A stretch of 62,123 nt of DNA, filler included, from Choristocarpus tenellus KU-1152 (taxonomy: Eukaryota; Protista; Phaeophyceae): NCBI GenBank assembly GCA_964200185.2. It is 9 parts of 9 records of this genome, joined end to end, with 100 filler letters (N's around TTAATTAATTAA, not from the genome) between each part and the next. Parts side by side here need not be neighbours in the genome. Positions count along the whole stretch, not along the records: positions 10,187 to 17,884 come from CAXNAD020005733.1; positions 17,985 to 33,761 come from CAXNAD020000931.1; 7 more parts are not named here. The stretch is one strand, 5' to 3'. The notes below the pieces were generated by a model, which saw only the letters and a list, made by a program, of their open reading frames with translations, did not search any database and was not told the origin of the DNA. Each line of letters begins with the position of its first letter. Position 1 is the first letter of the stretch. Position numbers and translations under genes: made by a program. This document shows positions 13,394 to 28,088 of this stretch, one piece after another.

Positions 13394-16300
13394 TGTTTTA
13401 AGCGAGGACGTTATCAATAAACACTTCGATACTTTCTGGTTGGCCTGTTGGACTTTTCTGACAGGAGGCACTGCCAAGAGGGGGGAAACTTATTGTTGAG
13501 GTGGAAGATGAGACGTTGTTCTAGTGCGGCCTTTGTTCTGTTGGTAACCAGAACGGCAAAACACGCACTTAGGAACTACAATCCTATACCTTATTACTAG
13601 GTCACATTTCACAACTATGTTGAATTCAGTTTTTAAAGTTCGAAACGAAATGACACATGACAGATTTAAATAGAGCGGGTAATATATGAGATATATAGAT
13701 AAATAATTGTATCTATAGTGTTAATTAACATAATTGTAAGAAATAGATCAAAATATATTGTTCTGGGAGGAATCTCCAAATTGTACCAAAAAAGATGCAT
13801 GTAATATTGTACTGTAATATGTAAGTGGTGGAAAGGAAAAAAATCGTAATGGAAATAAATGTAGGAAATATTGTAAGAAAATATATAACCGAATATCGGT
13901 GTGACAACATGTCAAACTTGGCAAAAACATCGGAGATTCCTCTCAACATCTTGTTTAAACAATTATACACATGACCAATAACTCAACACTAAAGTAGGAT
14001 CATCACTATTCCAAAATCAACCAAGCTTCGAACCATATAACAATATATACCACGTTCTTACAGTAGTACATCTGTGAATATAGAGTGAATGCATGGAAAC
14101 AAGCAACTGACTTCTGACCTATACATATATATATTATATAGGTTATAGTAAGTAATGCCATTTATCAACACTGTAATTCCTCCATTTTTCACATTGTTGT
14201 CATTTATATATATATTATTACTATTATGCCCTCTGATATTTTGTAGATGTGTTAATGGAAAAGCCAATATATATAATTATATCTTATATTATACAGGTGT
14301 GTTCATGGAAAAGTCAAGAAAAAGTCGATTCAGTATCGTAAGGACCCCTTTAAAAGTAACAGTTGTAAATGTGAAACGTATCTTTCTATAATCTATTTTC
14401 TAATTTGACTACCACCTGTGCTACACTACTCCCCTGCTCTGCCTCCAACCTAGCTTAGCCCTAAACCATAGGGCGAGGAGCAAGGGAACCATCCCAAGAA
14501 TATGACAAGTCCCTTCTTGCCCATCTTCCTTGTGCCTCCAGCTTAAAGCGCATGATACGTCTTGATAGAGCCACTTGTGTTGTGACAGACATTACATGCC
14601 GTAAACAGGATTTGACAACTAACTCCTTTCCTGGTGCTGTAGCCTCCCGTCCCTCTCCCCTCTGCCGTGTGCGTAGCCAACTCATCTAGAAAGATTTCTG
14701 CTTGCCTACCGAGCCGCCCAAAACTTTCAACCGAGAAGGTGTTGAGATTAAAACTACGAAGGTCAAAAGAACCCTCTACCGTTCCACCAACTCTATCACT
14801 TTAAAGAGTGATTCTTGGGATATATTGGTCCTTACCCACCTTTCCACCACTAAGTTATGTCAGAAGGATACAGGTTATACTCAGTGAAAATTTCTATGGG
14901 GACATTGGAGTATTGTTTGTTTCAAAAATTATGGTACGCGTTTTTTAGAGGGATGCCTTATACGATTGCTGACAGCTAGAAACATTATTTTTATAACAGT
15001 AGGATATTTACAGTAGTAGTAGTAGTAGTAGTTAGTTTTTCCCTCACGCATTTGCAAAACATATGCAAGCATATATATTCAAACTTGGTCCTAAACACTT
15101 GTGTCCTGCTACAGTGACTAAGATAGACTATGTATAAAGTATTGACTTATTGGAGGACTTGGGGATGAAGACAACATGCATGTATGGAATATCAACTATC
15201 TACGCAAGAAAGGAAAATGGAGACTCTTTCCTCATATTCGAACGTTTAGCTATCAGGCTTCAGATGTTCATTGTGGGGACCATGCGGATTGAAAAAGATA
15301 AGCACTCCGGACAGGAGGGGTGGAATTGGTGCCTGCAATAGGATCTACCTTGAGAGGTGCAGGACTGCTACATACGGCTGCGAGGTATATTGAGCACAAC
15401 AGCATCAAGAAACATAGGTCCTACGAGTGTGTGTGCGTGTGGTTGACAACACAAGAAAACAAGTTTTTTTTTTGCTGCAGAGTGGTGGCATTCTAAGGGA
15501 CAACCTGTTGTGAAAATACCTAGTGTCACCATGACACAGCAGGACCTGTGGCAACCCAACACGTATATGCACAGTCGCCACAGTCATCAATGTCTGCTGA
15601 ATGCCATTTTTCTCAGTGAAGTTCTCTTCTCTTGTTGGTTATTCTTGGGTCACTTTTTCCTTTCTTTCTTCTTATGTGTGTGCATGACGTGTGAAGGAGA
15701 TATCTAGCGGTGTTTTTTTAATTGACTGGACCTGGTGTGACTCGGGTATGTTATTTTTTGTGGATGTTCGTGCGTACATCTGGGTTCTTTTCGATCCTCT
15801 TGTGCATACGCTTACTTGCAGGTATGCACCACTTGCCAGGTAAACACAAACGAGGTAGGTACACAAGACTGAGTCGTACTAAGCAAGAAGAGGTGTACAT
15901 ACGCGGTTTCAATATTAATGTAAGAATCACCAGAAATTGTCAAAAAAAACAAGTCGTTTTGCGCATTACGAGAATTACATTTGCTCAAATGTGATTTAGT
16001 TTTTTTCTCACTTTGTTTTTGAGGGGTTTCTCTTACACATGTAAAACACAATGAAAGTGGGGTATGTTCCACAGGAAGTGTTTGAAAACGCATATGGTGC
16101 AAAATGGCGATAAAGTGTATACTTCTCTCAGCTATGACTCACTATGTAATGGGGTGGGGAAGGCTCACGTGCTCTCTCGTTAATAATATTGACTCGATTT
16201 GACTGTAGATATCTACACTGTGTCCAGTTGACATAAAACTTGTTCTTCGCATCATACCCCCCGACAGCCGTTCAGTTCTTGGCGTCAACGCATGCACACC

Positions 16301-17156
16301 CTGTGAGAGAAGAAAGAGAAATCGTTCTCATTCACCTTCAGGGCATCAATAAATATGTACCAAGTACAATCATCACTCAATGGATCTGAGCAGTACTATT
16401 GTATTTAAACAAATAGTGCTGTTATGTGTATACACAGTTGTCTTTGACCGTGATAACTGAATTTTGTCTCACTCACTAAAACGTACTAGTCTGGCGTAGT
16501 ATCTAATATGTGGTCCACAGTATGTTCTTTTTGTAACATGCTGTTGTTCATATCTTATACACAGTCACTGTGTGGTGTTTAGTCGTTGTGGCATTATTTT
16601 ACACCCATGACTTGTTTCATAGGGTGGTGAGTGATGGTAGTTCATAGTATTAATAGTTGTGAAATAGGTACTTCCTCCATTCGGAATTAAATGTTACATT
16701 ACTTTTGTAAGCTCCGTTCTTGCCCGGGAACGATCCACATGACAACCCTCTGGATGAGAGGCTTAGTTCCCTTATAGATTGGGAGGCGTGCAATTTTTTA
16801 GATGGTGGGCTGTCATGACTGTGGAGGATCACCAGTGCAAAGTCGACCAAATCGTATTTAATGGGTTCAAAAACCTTTTGAAACTGTTTAAGTGGATGGT
16901 TATTGGGATGCCTAGGACTAAGGCCCCCCGTCGTTTGAGCAGCTTGCTCACCCCATCGTTGCCCTTTGGTCCCAATTCTTCGGCCCAGAAGGCTATCTGG
17001 GGTCCAGCCTAGAACACCTCGACGATCACTAGTGTGGCAACGCAATGCCTGGAGGCGAGAGGGCACTAGACTCAGATCCCTCACGGGGAATGGCAGCAGC
17101 CATCGTGGAAGGGTTAAAAAAATCCTGAATCACTTTTTTCCATCATCTGAAGGAAT

Positions 17157-17884
17157 ATGACACCCAGATCGCACGGGGTGAATGCATGGACATTGTTCAA
17201 CGTTGAAAGGGGTGATGTAACTGGCTGCCGTACAAGTACCCTAAACGTTTGGGATGTCCCACCAGTGCACTGTGCATCCTTACACAAATGGGCAGCCAAA
17301 GCTGGGATTCCCCTTGCCTTGTTGTGGAATCTGTACAAGCACAAGAAAGTGAAGAAGGTCAAGCAGTGAATGAAGCCAGTCCTATCAGACCAGCAGAGGT
17401 CAACCGGGTGGATTTCGTCATCAGCCACACGCATAGATAGGAGAGGGGGTAAGTGAGGTATTAGTAGACGATCTATATGACTGGATGCTAGTGGATGAGA
17501 ATTGGTTTTACATCCTCGAAGATGGGCAAAATGTGTACCTGCACCCCACTGAAGACTCCCCCAACCCCCCACGGAGACAGGAAAGCGTTACATTACGAAG
17601 GTCATGTTCCCTGCAGTTGTGGTCTGCCCCAGAAGTCTCTCCAACAGAGTGTGGTTCGATGGGAAAATCGGGATCCGGTCAATCGTGGACACTAGGGTCG
17701 CTCAGTGCTCCAGCAAACACCGCACCAAGGGCATCAAGGTGCTTGTGCTCACCACAGTTGAGAGGGAGAGGTATGAGAAACTCATTGTCGAGGATGTCAT
17801 CTGGGCAATCAAGGCCCGCATGCCTAGGCCGGAAGTACACACCATCTTTGTGCAGCAGGACGAGGCAAAGCCACATACCAAGGG
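17157..17884 (+). pseudogene. Decayed Tc1/mariner (plant/oomycete-type, DD39D-like) transposase, cut off at contig end
   Basis: Fragments in shifting frames: WAAKAGIP..KPVLSDQQR, VDENWFY, ITKVMF..WFDGKIGI..SSKHR..AIKARMP..IFVQQDEAKPH; stop codon and frameshifts present. Confidence 0.85.
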
Positions 17885-17984
17885 NNNNNNNNNNNNNNNN
17901 NNNNNNNNNNNNNNNNNNNNNNNNNNNNTTAATTAATTAANNNNNNNNNNNNNNNNNNNNNNNNNNNNNNNNNNNNNNNNNNNN

Positions 17985-18095
17985 GGGGGGTGATGGCGGC
18001 TGTCTATTTGGAGCCCATTCTTCCATGTCGCGATCTTTGGAATTAAATCTTTGGGGTTATTTGGTTCCATTCATCGTATGGATAATGTAATGCCC
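17985..18095. mobile_element. MITE family B partial copy at contig start
   Basis: Poly-G GGCGGCTGTCTATTTGG..CATGTCGCGAT..TGGATAATGTAA. Confidence 0.65.
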
Positions 18096-18882
18096 ACAAC
18101 TTGGTGGATTGAGGGAGAGAATCAAAGCAATGAGTAATTGATTTAGTGCAAAAAACGCCAAGGAATCCAACGCGACTAACCATGTCTTCATCGGAGGTCT
18201 TGTTGAGATTGTCTCATTGTTTTGGCCGATTAACCATCAATTCCAGTTATTTTTGGCCGGTTTTGCTGTCACTGATAAATCTGGCATCTCCGTTAAAAAA
18301 AAAAAAAAAAAAAAAGACAAGAAGTCGTACTCAGAGGGCGGTTGGTTTCTCAACCATTTCGAACTGAAAAAAATATTTGGAAGGCATCTATCTGCAAGAC
18401 GAAGTTGTTGGCTGTCGAATGATATTATCTGCGGTTTCTGAATCTCACATTTGAAAATTTTATGAACCAAAAAAACTTGAAAGGCCCAGACATATGGGAC
18501 AGAGGAAGTAGCAATAATAGAATTGAAAAAAATAAAATAAAAATAATAATAATAATAATATCATCTCCAGAATCGTGTTATGCCCCAGTCTCCCACAGGC
18601 ATCCAAGAGTTGACAGCATGAGTAAGGGAGGCCAACAAGGTGAAGGATCCTGGGAGAGACCAACTGAAAAGAGAGAAGGTTATATTCAACCTGTAAATTC
18701 ATGTTTTGACTGTTCAACAGAAGAGGCCTACTCTCTGTGGCATCACAGTTTGTCCTCTGTGATGATTGAGTGCATCGGGAGAGATGGAAAAAAATATATG
18801 CACTACCCCAATCTTTGAAGGTTCCACAAACATTTGTGGACGAACAGGTGTCAATAATCTGTATATAAGTTAATAATAAAAA

Positions 18883-19266
18883 TGCATATAAGATAATCAT
18901 TAATCCGCACATAAGTTAATGATTAATCCACACGTAAGTTAATCATTAGTCTGCATATAAATTAATAATTAAACTGCATATAAGTTAATCATTAGTCTGC
19001 ATATAAGTTAATGATTAATCCGCACGTAAGTTAATCATTAGTCTGCATATAAGTTAATAATTAAACTGCATATAAGTTAATCATTAGTCTGCATATAAGT
19101 TAATAATTAATCCGCATGTAAGGTAATCATTAGTCTGCATATAAGTTCATCATTAATCCGCATATAAGTTAATAATTAAACTGCATATAAGTTAATCATT
19201 AGTCTGCATATAAGTTAATAATTAAACTGCATATAAGTTAATCATTAATCCACATATAAGTTCATC
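18883..19266. repeat. 23-bp tandem minisatellite (~16-17 copies) with A/B alternation
   Basis: TGCATATAAGTTAATCATTAGTC alternating with TGCATATAAGTTAATAATTAAAC-type units. Confidence 0.9.
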
Positions 19267-19739
19267 AGAAGTAACAGTAACCCTAGCCCTAACCCTAGCC
19301 CCAGGTCTAAGCGATACTCAATTGTTATTTGAGAAAGAGGAGGGATCATTATTAATATGATAGATAGCTCCATCATATGACTTATCATATTAAAGAAATT
19401 GCACTATTATGCTACAGGATACATGCAGAGAAGAAGAGAATAGATTATCATATGGCATACCGTTGAATTAGTGACATTGCATACCGTAAGACTCCATACA
19501 AAGATCCACTTCAACAGGTTCTCCTGCATGACAATACTGTGTGAGACAACCAGTATGTTCTGATACTCCATAAAGGGATCTATTCCAATACCTTCTCCTG
19601 TGTGACTATAGTGTGAAAGATAGCCCAAATTCAGAGTGTCAATTCACCTCTTATTGCGATTTCAATTTAGTTTCCTGTGGTGAGATAGGTTCTGTAGATC
19701 AATAAGAGTGACAGACAATAGAAATAGCTGTACTGCATA

Positions 19740-20170
19740 GTGTCATCATTAATAATATTAATGTTGTTGTTAACATTGTTATTATTGTCATTAATAATGT
19801 TGTTATTGTCATTAATAATACTAATAGTAATTAATATTGTTATTATGGTCATTAATATTTTTAAATTGTCATTTTCAATATTATTTTTGTCATTAATAAT
19901 ACTATTATGGTCATTAATATTTTTAAATTGTCATTTTTAATATTATTTTTGTCGTTAATAATGTTATTATTGTCATTAATATTATTATCATCGTTAGTAA
20001 TACTATAATTGTCATTAATATTTTAACATTGTTGTTCTTAATAATAGCTTTGTCCTTAATAATGTTATTATTGTCATTAATAATATTAGTATTTTGTCAT
20101 TATGAATATTATTATCATTAGCAATAATAATATTAATTAATATTTCTATCATCACTAATATTGTTATTGT
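19740..20170. repeat. AT-rich degenerate tandem repeat (GTCATTAATA..TTATT units)
   Basis: Recurrent GTCATTAATA about every 20 bp. Confidence 0.75.
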
Positions 20171-20832
20171 GGTCGGGTGATGACAAAGGAACACTAGCAT
20201 GGGGTCTGTCCTCTTGGTGCGGCTACTGCATTGCGCCTCTCGGTGATATCCAAAAAAACACCAAAAACCCTAACCCTATTTGGCTATGGTGCTTGGACAC
20301 ATGATACAACAATAATGAATACTATTAACACAGCGTGTGCTGGTGTCTGCCACAGTCCATGCCATACTACTACAAAGTCTGCAAACAAAAAGAAAACACT
20401 GTAAACCACATGGAAATATCTTTTTTTAAGTTTGTTCCAAAACAGAACAGTTTTAAGCACAGTGGTGCATTCGATCGCATCAACCACCAACCTCTCAATA
20501 ATCTACAGCATGTATGATAGTCATCTTCCAACTAAGGTATACCTTTAAGGTGACCTTCCCTGAGAAGATGGCTATCACACATGTGAACTCTCATTACTTG
20601 ATTCAGTTGTGAAGGGGTATGAAATAAACAAAAATGATATCGCATGTCACCAGTTTAAATGGAAATATATATATATATATATATATATCAGCCATGTCCC
20701 TGGGCAATACTATACCTCACTACAGGTACAGCCAGAGGAGACAGAATGCATTAATCACCTACACAAGAACAAAGTACCTCCCCCCCCCCCAACCCCGCCA
20801 CCCCCCATCAACTTCAAGATCTCTCCCTTTTA

Positions 20833-22469
<1,637 letters not shown>

Positions 22470-22664
22470 CGTCGTCTACAAGAGAACGGCCCCGGCGGAC
22501 CCGATGCTCCCCACCATCTACAACAGGGGATAACTACATAGTTCCATTTTCTAAACACGCAAGACCAACCATCCACTTCAACTATCAACTATCAACTATA
22601 GAATACTAAATAATTGATGTATGTTTCTTGTTGATAGCAAAATATTAAAATACTATTACAGTAT

Positions 22665-24473
22665 ATGACAAATACACAAGACACCGGCTCTATGACGTGT
22701 ACACCATGTTCAACCGTGTTCGGTGAGAGGCCAAACCACCCCAGTCTTACAGACAGGAGGGGGAAGGAGGAGGAGCAGGAGGACAGGATCTTTTTAATCC
22801 CTTCCCCCAACATGTCTGAAAGTTCCCAAAACGAGCCCGATGCCCTTAGAAGCATTAGAAATACCTTCCGCAACAATGTTTTGGTCCTCAATCGGGAACA
22901 CGAGGAAACCTTAATGCACCGAACTAAGGAGATGGATGCACTTTGGGAGGCCCTTCAGATCGAGAGGGAAGTACTCACTCGTCGGCAGCAAGCGTTAGGT
23001 GTTAAAGAGATTGTAGGTAATAAAAACGATCTCGTACGCCTCAATGTGGGCGGAGTTCCCATCCCCGTGTTGCGTTCAATCCTCACCCAAGAAAAAGGGT
23101 CGAGGCTTGGAGCACTCTTTGAGGTGAAGTGGGAAAAAAGGATTCCCCGCGACAGAAATGGTTCCATATTTCTGGACGAGTCACCTTCCGCCTTCTTCAG
23201 AATATTGGAACTGTTGCTGGCGAAGTCTTCAGGGACACCCCCACCTGATATGGTGAAAGGAGATGAGAATAAGCTCATCATGCACCTTGCAGAATTTTTC
23301 GGTACTGCAAGAGTTGACCCTACTGGTCAGATTGCGGGAGGCAGTGACATAATTCCATCCAACCAAGAGACCGAGTATTTGGAGGTCATCAAAGGATGGT
23401 GTCCTGACTCTCTCGGAAAATTGCATCTCCTTTATCGGGGAACACGTGACGGCTTAACTCCTTCCGACTTTCATCGCACTTGCGGGTCAAGTTGTCCCAC
23501 TCTTACCTTGGTCCACTGTGGGGAAGCAATTGTCGGAGGATTTTCGAATCAACCTTGGAATGGTAACGGGTGGTCCTCTTCTTCTGAGGCGTTCCTCTTC
23601 TCGCTGAGGGATAAACTGGGGAACAAGATTATGAGCAAACTCGAAATCAATTTGAATGAGCAACATCGTGCTGTATTTTGCTATAGAAACTGCGGGCCTT
23701 ATTTTGGGACTGGAGGCTGCCTTTATGTCAATCTCGAAGCAAACCGAGGTTTTCTCCAGTCAAATTTGACCAGAACTTACGATTCGAGTGGTCCTGCAGC
23801 TCGAGTTCTTAGTGAACTATCCGGTCATCAACCTCTCACAGAGGTAGAGGTATTCCTGGTGACAAACGCATCCACATTTTCTACTGAATCGGAGCGGGAC
23901 TTGCCCCCCACGCAAATCGTTGGTTGTAGTCGTGAGGAAGATCACCGCGTGCTTTGTGCACCAATAGCACGAGAGCTATGGCTGGAGCAGGCCGCCCTAG
24001 ATGGCTCACGGACCCAGCTGGACAAGGAAAGGGCCACCTTAGAGATGGCCAACAAGTCCCTTGTGTCTCTGTTTGGACGTGACTTGGTCGTGAACGGGGA
24101 CGCACAAGAAGCAGATTGCATTGTGGACCTTAATGTGAGGGGAAACTTCATGTCCACTCTGCGCTCTACACTGTGCCTGTGCTCTGAATCGGCACTTGCT
24201 GCGAGGTTTAGGAACAAACTTTGGAAAGACGATATGGATGACCATGGACGCCACATCATTGATTGCTGCCCACTGAGTTTCATGAAGATCCTCGATGTGC
24301 TTCGGATAAGGAAGAAGGAAATTGTGACACCTAAAGTAGAAGGGGTAGTCAAGACTTCTGCTCTAGTGAATATCAGCGTCAACATGATGCCAACTTTCGA
24401 AGAAATTGTAAACCTCTACTTTCCCGGGAGTGAGGGTTTCATCATGGACTTAGTGGAGGTGGTGATCATATGA
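22665..24473 (+). CDS. Intronless BTB/POZ (KCTD-type) - TLDc - BTB/POZ domain protein, 602 aa (true start may be a downstream ATG, e.g. 22812)
   Basis: VRLNVGG..RSILT..SRLGALF..IFLDESP (BTB); LLYRGTRDG..FHRTC..PTLTLV..GGFSNQPW..AFLFSL..GPYFG..EVEVF (TLDc); VDLNVRG..STLRSTL..SALAARF (second BTB). Uninterrupted ORF. Confidence 0.92.
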   Translation: MTNTQDTGSMTCTPCSTVFGERPNHPSLTDRRGKEEEQEDRIFLIPSPNMSESSQNEPDALRSIRNTFRNNVLVLNREHEETLMHRTKEMDALWEALQIEREVLTRRQQALGVKEIVGNKNDLVRLNVGGVPIPVLRSILTQEKGSRLGALFEVKWEKRIPRDRNGSIFLDESPSAFFRILELLLAKSSGTPPPDMVKGDENKLIMHLAEFFGTARVDPTGQIAGGSDIIPSNQETEYLEVIKGWCPDSLGKLHLLYRGTRDGLTPSDFHRTCGSSCPTLTLVHCGEAIVGGFSNQPWNGNGWSSSSEAFLFSLRDKLGNKIMSKLEINLNEQHRAVFCYRNCGPYFGTGGCLYVNLEANRGFLQSNLTRTYDSSGPAARVLSELSGHQPLTEVEVFLVTNASTFSTESERDLPPTQIVGCSREEDHRVLCAPIARELWLEQAALDGSRTQLDKERATLEMANKSLVSLFGRDLVVNGDAQEADCIVDLNVRGNFMSTLRSTLCLCSESALAARFRNKLWKDDMDDHGRHIIDCCPLSFMKILDVLRIRKKEIVTPKVEGVVKTSALVNISVNMMPTFEEIVNLYFPGSEGFIMDLVEVVII

Positions 24474-27400
24474 AGGAAAGAAGAGGCCGCAGGTGAGCAT
24501 AGTTTGGGATTAATCCTGTTAGTGCAAGGATATTTTCGAGATGATACTCAACAGGGTCCCAGGTGAGAGGATGAGATCTTCACTTGCAGGTAACCTTGAG
24601 ATAAGGTTGTGGGAATGGAGAAGGCTGTGATATAGAGTAGAGTGTCATTATATTATCCATAGGGTGCTATAAATAACTCCTCTGTAGGCAGGGTAATCTC
24701 TCCATCGGGTTGTTATATCCCCATCAGGTGATTTTGTCGACATACAATTGAAATTATGTTGCCCACAGAAATTTTGCAGGTGTTGTCAGGGAGAAGAAAG
24801 ATCATACAAAAAAACGATTCGAACACTATTACGATGTCCACAATAGCATCTTCTTTGTACTATGCATAACAAACACTACTACCATGATGCAATCTTACTC
24901 CGTTGCTACACACTAGTACCACATCAGTGGTTGGAAGAGCAATTTCAAACAGATTGCCATTACTTGAAGCTTATATCAAGAACTCGAGTGTACTGGTGGT
25001 TAGAGTTGTGCGGTTTAAGGCAACCCCAAGCACTCTGCGGTATGTACAACACACATTGGAGGAATATAAAGTGCTTGGTATTGTGGTTGCATGGTTTTTG
25101 AAACACCAGCTCCCGCACATCACAATTTCACAACTGTCATTTCCCTTTCGCAATCCTTCAAACAGGTGTGGATATGTGCGAGTGTATTGCCATGGATATC
25201 ATCTCTTCGTATTTTTGTAGAGTACATGGGCTACATGCTTCAAGATCTTTGCATGACCTCATAATCCAGATGTGTTTACGTGATGTGCAAGCTACGTTGT
25301 AACCGAAAGTTAATAATACGGCAACGGTATTCGGATATTTATTTTATCGATTGGTAAGACTGGACGGTCTACCTTGCCTGACAGGGAACTTAATGAGCGG
25401 TTGCTACTCAAGTGGTCAATATGTTTTTTTTGGTTTATATTTTTTGAAGTGTGTGTTGGTTTGCCTGTTCTTCTTCTTGCCCTTTACGATGTGAAAGTGT
25501 CGCGGCATTGCCCCCTGACCACCAGCTGTATATATGTACGGAACAGACAGGCTTCCCCATGCAGGATTACGTTTACAGAGTCTCCACAGCGCAAAGGTCC
25601 AACATGCAGACACGAAATACAGTGCTTATAGGAGTCAATTAAAGTTTTGAGTGTCTTGTAGACCATTGGGATTGCAGGGCGTGTATACATTTTTATTGCT
25701 CGCAATGAAGGACTATTTTTAGAAGCAAAGTCTTACGAACATTGTGGTGTAGCCAAGCACTCGAATTTCCTTTGGAGCTTTGATGATTTGTGGATCGTAC
25801 AGACAGTTTAATTTAGCACTGTTGGTGATATTTTGTTCGAAAGGGGTGGTCACAAAGATTTTTTAATTCACATCAGAGGAAGAGCACCCTTTACATTGTA
25901 TGGAAAATAAGACCAAGCGCATATATATATAAATTCATTGATACAAATCGAGGTCAGCCGACCACTCACCATCTCACCATAGAGTATGCCAGCACTAGAG
26001 GTATGCGTTGCTTTAAACCATTCATAGTTCAATAACATAATCTTGCCGAAAAATGTTCTGATCGTTTGTGTCAACCCGCATTTCCTTTTGTGATCAACCA
26101 AGCATTACACCCTACACTGTGTTAAACCAAGGCATTCGAACTATCTATCCAAGTATGATCGTTGAAAAGAAGTTCAAGTGTGCTGGGAGGTGCAACAGAT
26201 GTGTGTACATTGAGGTCAGTATCCATAAAAGGAGGTTGTATCTGTAGGTTTCATGCCGTGAACGGACGATGATCATTTGCTCAAGATCCTAATGCTCCTT
26301 GTAAGAGTTACCAATGCGACAGCAAAGGGGCAAAAGTGATGTATCAAGAGAAAGACTTGGTGGTGGGGCCTCCGAGATGGCTTTTAAGACTTCAACAGAT
26401 GGCACACACATCACTCTCACCTACCTGTCCAGCGGTGGGAGGACAGGTCCGCCAACACACACCTACGGTTAAACGACTAGACCAACTCTGAAGGGGAATG
26501 GTCATTCCTTGCTTTGTAAGAAGGGTAGCCTGTTCACGATGGATAAAGACTTCCACATGGGTGTGGTGTTCCATGGTTGGACGCTGTTGGAGCCTGCCTC
26601 AACCCCACTATGCTGACAAAATCCTACTTTGGAATGTCGCTTTCGCAGAGGTCCAGGAAGCTCTCCACCTGACCCACTCATCCACCAGCAATGATTTTGC
26701 TACTGGACCAGCCGAGCCACAAAAGCACACTCACTATGACGAATCTTTTGACCCCCACTGTATTAATCTCAACAACTTGGCGGTGGAACGTTTTGAGTGC
26801 CTTGGGAAGCAAGCAGGGGTTTTTTCGTAGATGAATTGGCCTCCCATGCGGTAGAGAGGAGATTGACTGAGAAATATAGTCGGACAGGGGGTGTGAATAC
26901 TATACTTGGAAGTAGATAGTGTGCAAAATAGGATAATAGTAAGGTGTACCTTATTTTGTGTATGAAAGATGTAACTAATAAATAGTACATCCGGATTATG
27001 AATGGAGATATGTTTGGGTTTATATTCTGCATTCAACTATTTTGACACAACCATGGACTTATGCATGAGGCACAATTAATAATAAACAAGCAATGAAAAG
27101 ACACCCCACAAAGGTCACTCTTCTAATTTCAATCATGTAATCACGTTCAGTGAAGGGGAATCGTGTGAGGCTTCACACCTTCTTGTCTTCACTAATGATA
27201 AATAGCATTACCTCCGAAGGTAAATTGAACAGGTTATGAGCCTTAGTAGCATGGAGAAAAGGAGCAGGTGATGGGCCTCAACGACATGAAGAAGTTGCCC
27301 AACTGGACTGGGGCACCAGCACGACCAGTGGAGGCTTGGACAACATGGAGATTATCTCTGGTGGTTTATTCCAGCGAAAGGGTCTGTAAAACAATCTGCG

Positions 27401-28088
27401 ACGAAAATACGTCATCCTGGACTCACGGAGACACTAACGGAACAGGAACGAACACCTCACTGCACAAAAAGAGTTCTTTCGAGGCGTGTCATGTGTTTCA
27501 AGGTTGAGACAAAAGGAGGGTGGGCACTGCCAAGCTGCCTGATAGATTCTTGGGTTTCTTCCCTATTTCCTGCCCATCTTTGTAGGTTTAGACTGGGAGG
27601 ATAGAAGTGTGAACGTTGGTTCATAGATAACAATATCTAGAGGAATATTGTTGTATGTAGTTTTTAAATGTAATATTATCACTGAGTATATGTTATTTGC
27701 CCACTGAGATTTTGCAGAGATTTGTTATTTAGAAGAACGGAATCTGCTATATTCTCCTTCAGAAAACTTTTCACCACAACTTTATTTATGAATCAGACTA
27801 AGGTTAGACACCTCCTTCGTCTGTGCGATTCAAAAAAAAATTGGAGTGAAACTCCATCAATAGGGAACATAACGCCTCTTGTACGGAAACTGTACGTATC
27901 GCAGATACGGTGCATGGTAAGTATGATGCAATTTATGATATGATACCCACTGACATTTTGTAGAAGATGAGTCACACATGTGAGTAGAGGAAAAAACAAG
28001 AGGACAAATCTACAACTACAACACAAGAACTATGGATATAATCATTGCCATTGCTAGACCACCACCTAAATTTATGTACTACGAAGTA

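Noticed and set aside
13394-13477. N-terminal extension of MDH in the ORF track
   Set aside because: Begins at a non-ATG codon; homology starts at ATG 13393.
18883-19266. Possible CRISPR array
   Set aside because: Contiguous tandem units with no unique spacers, no cas genes, and a eukaryotic context.
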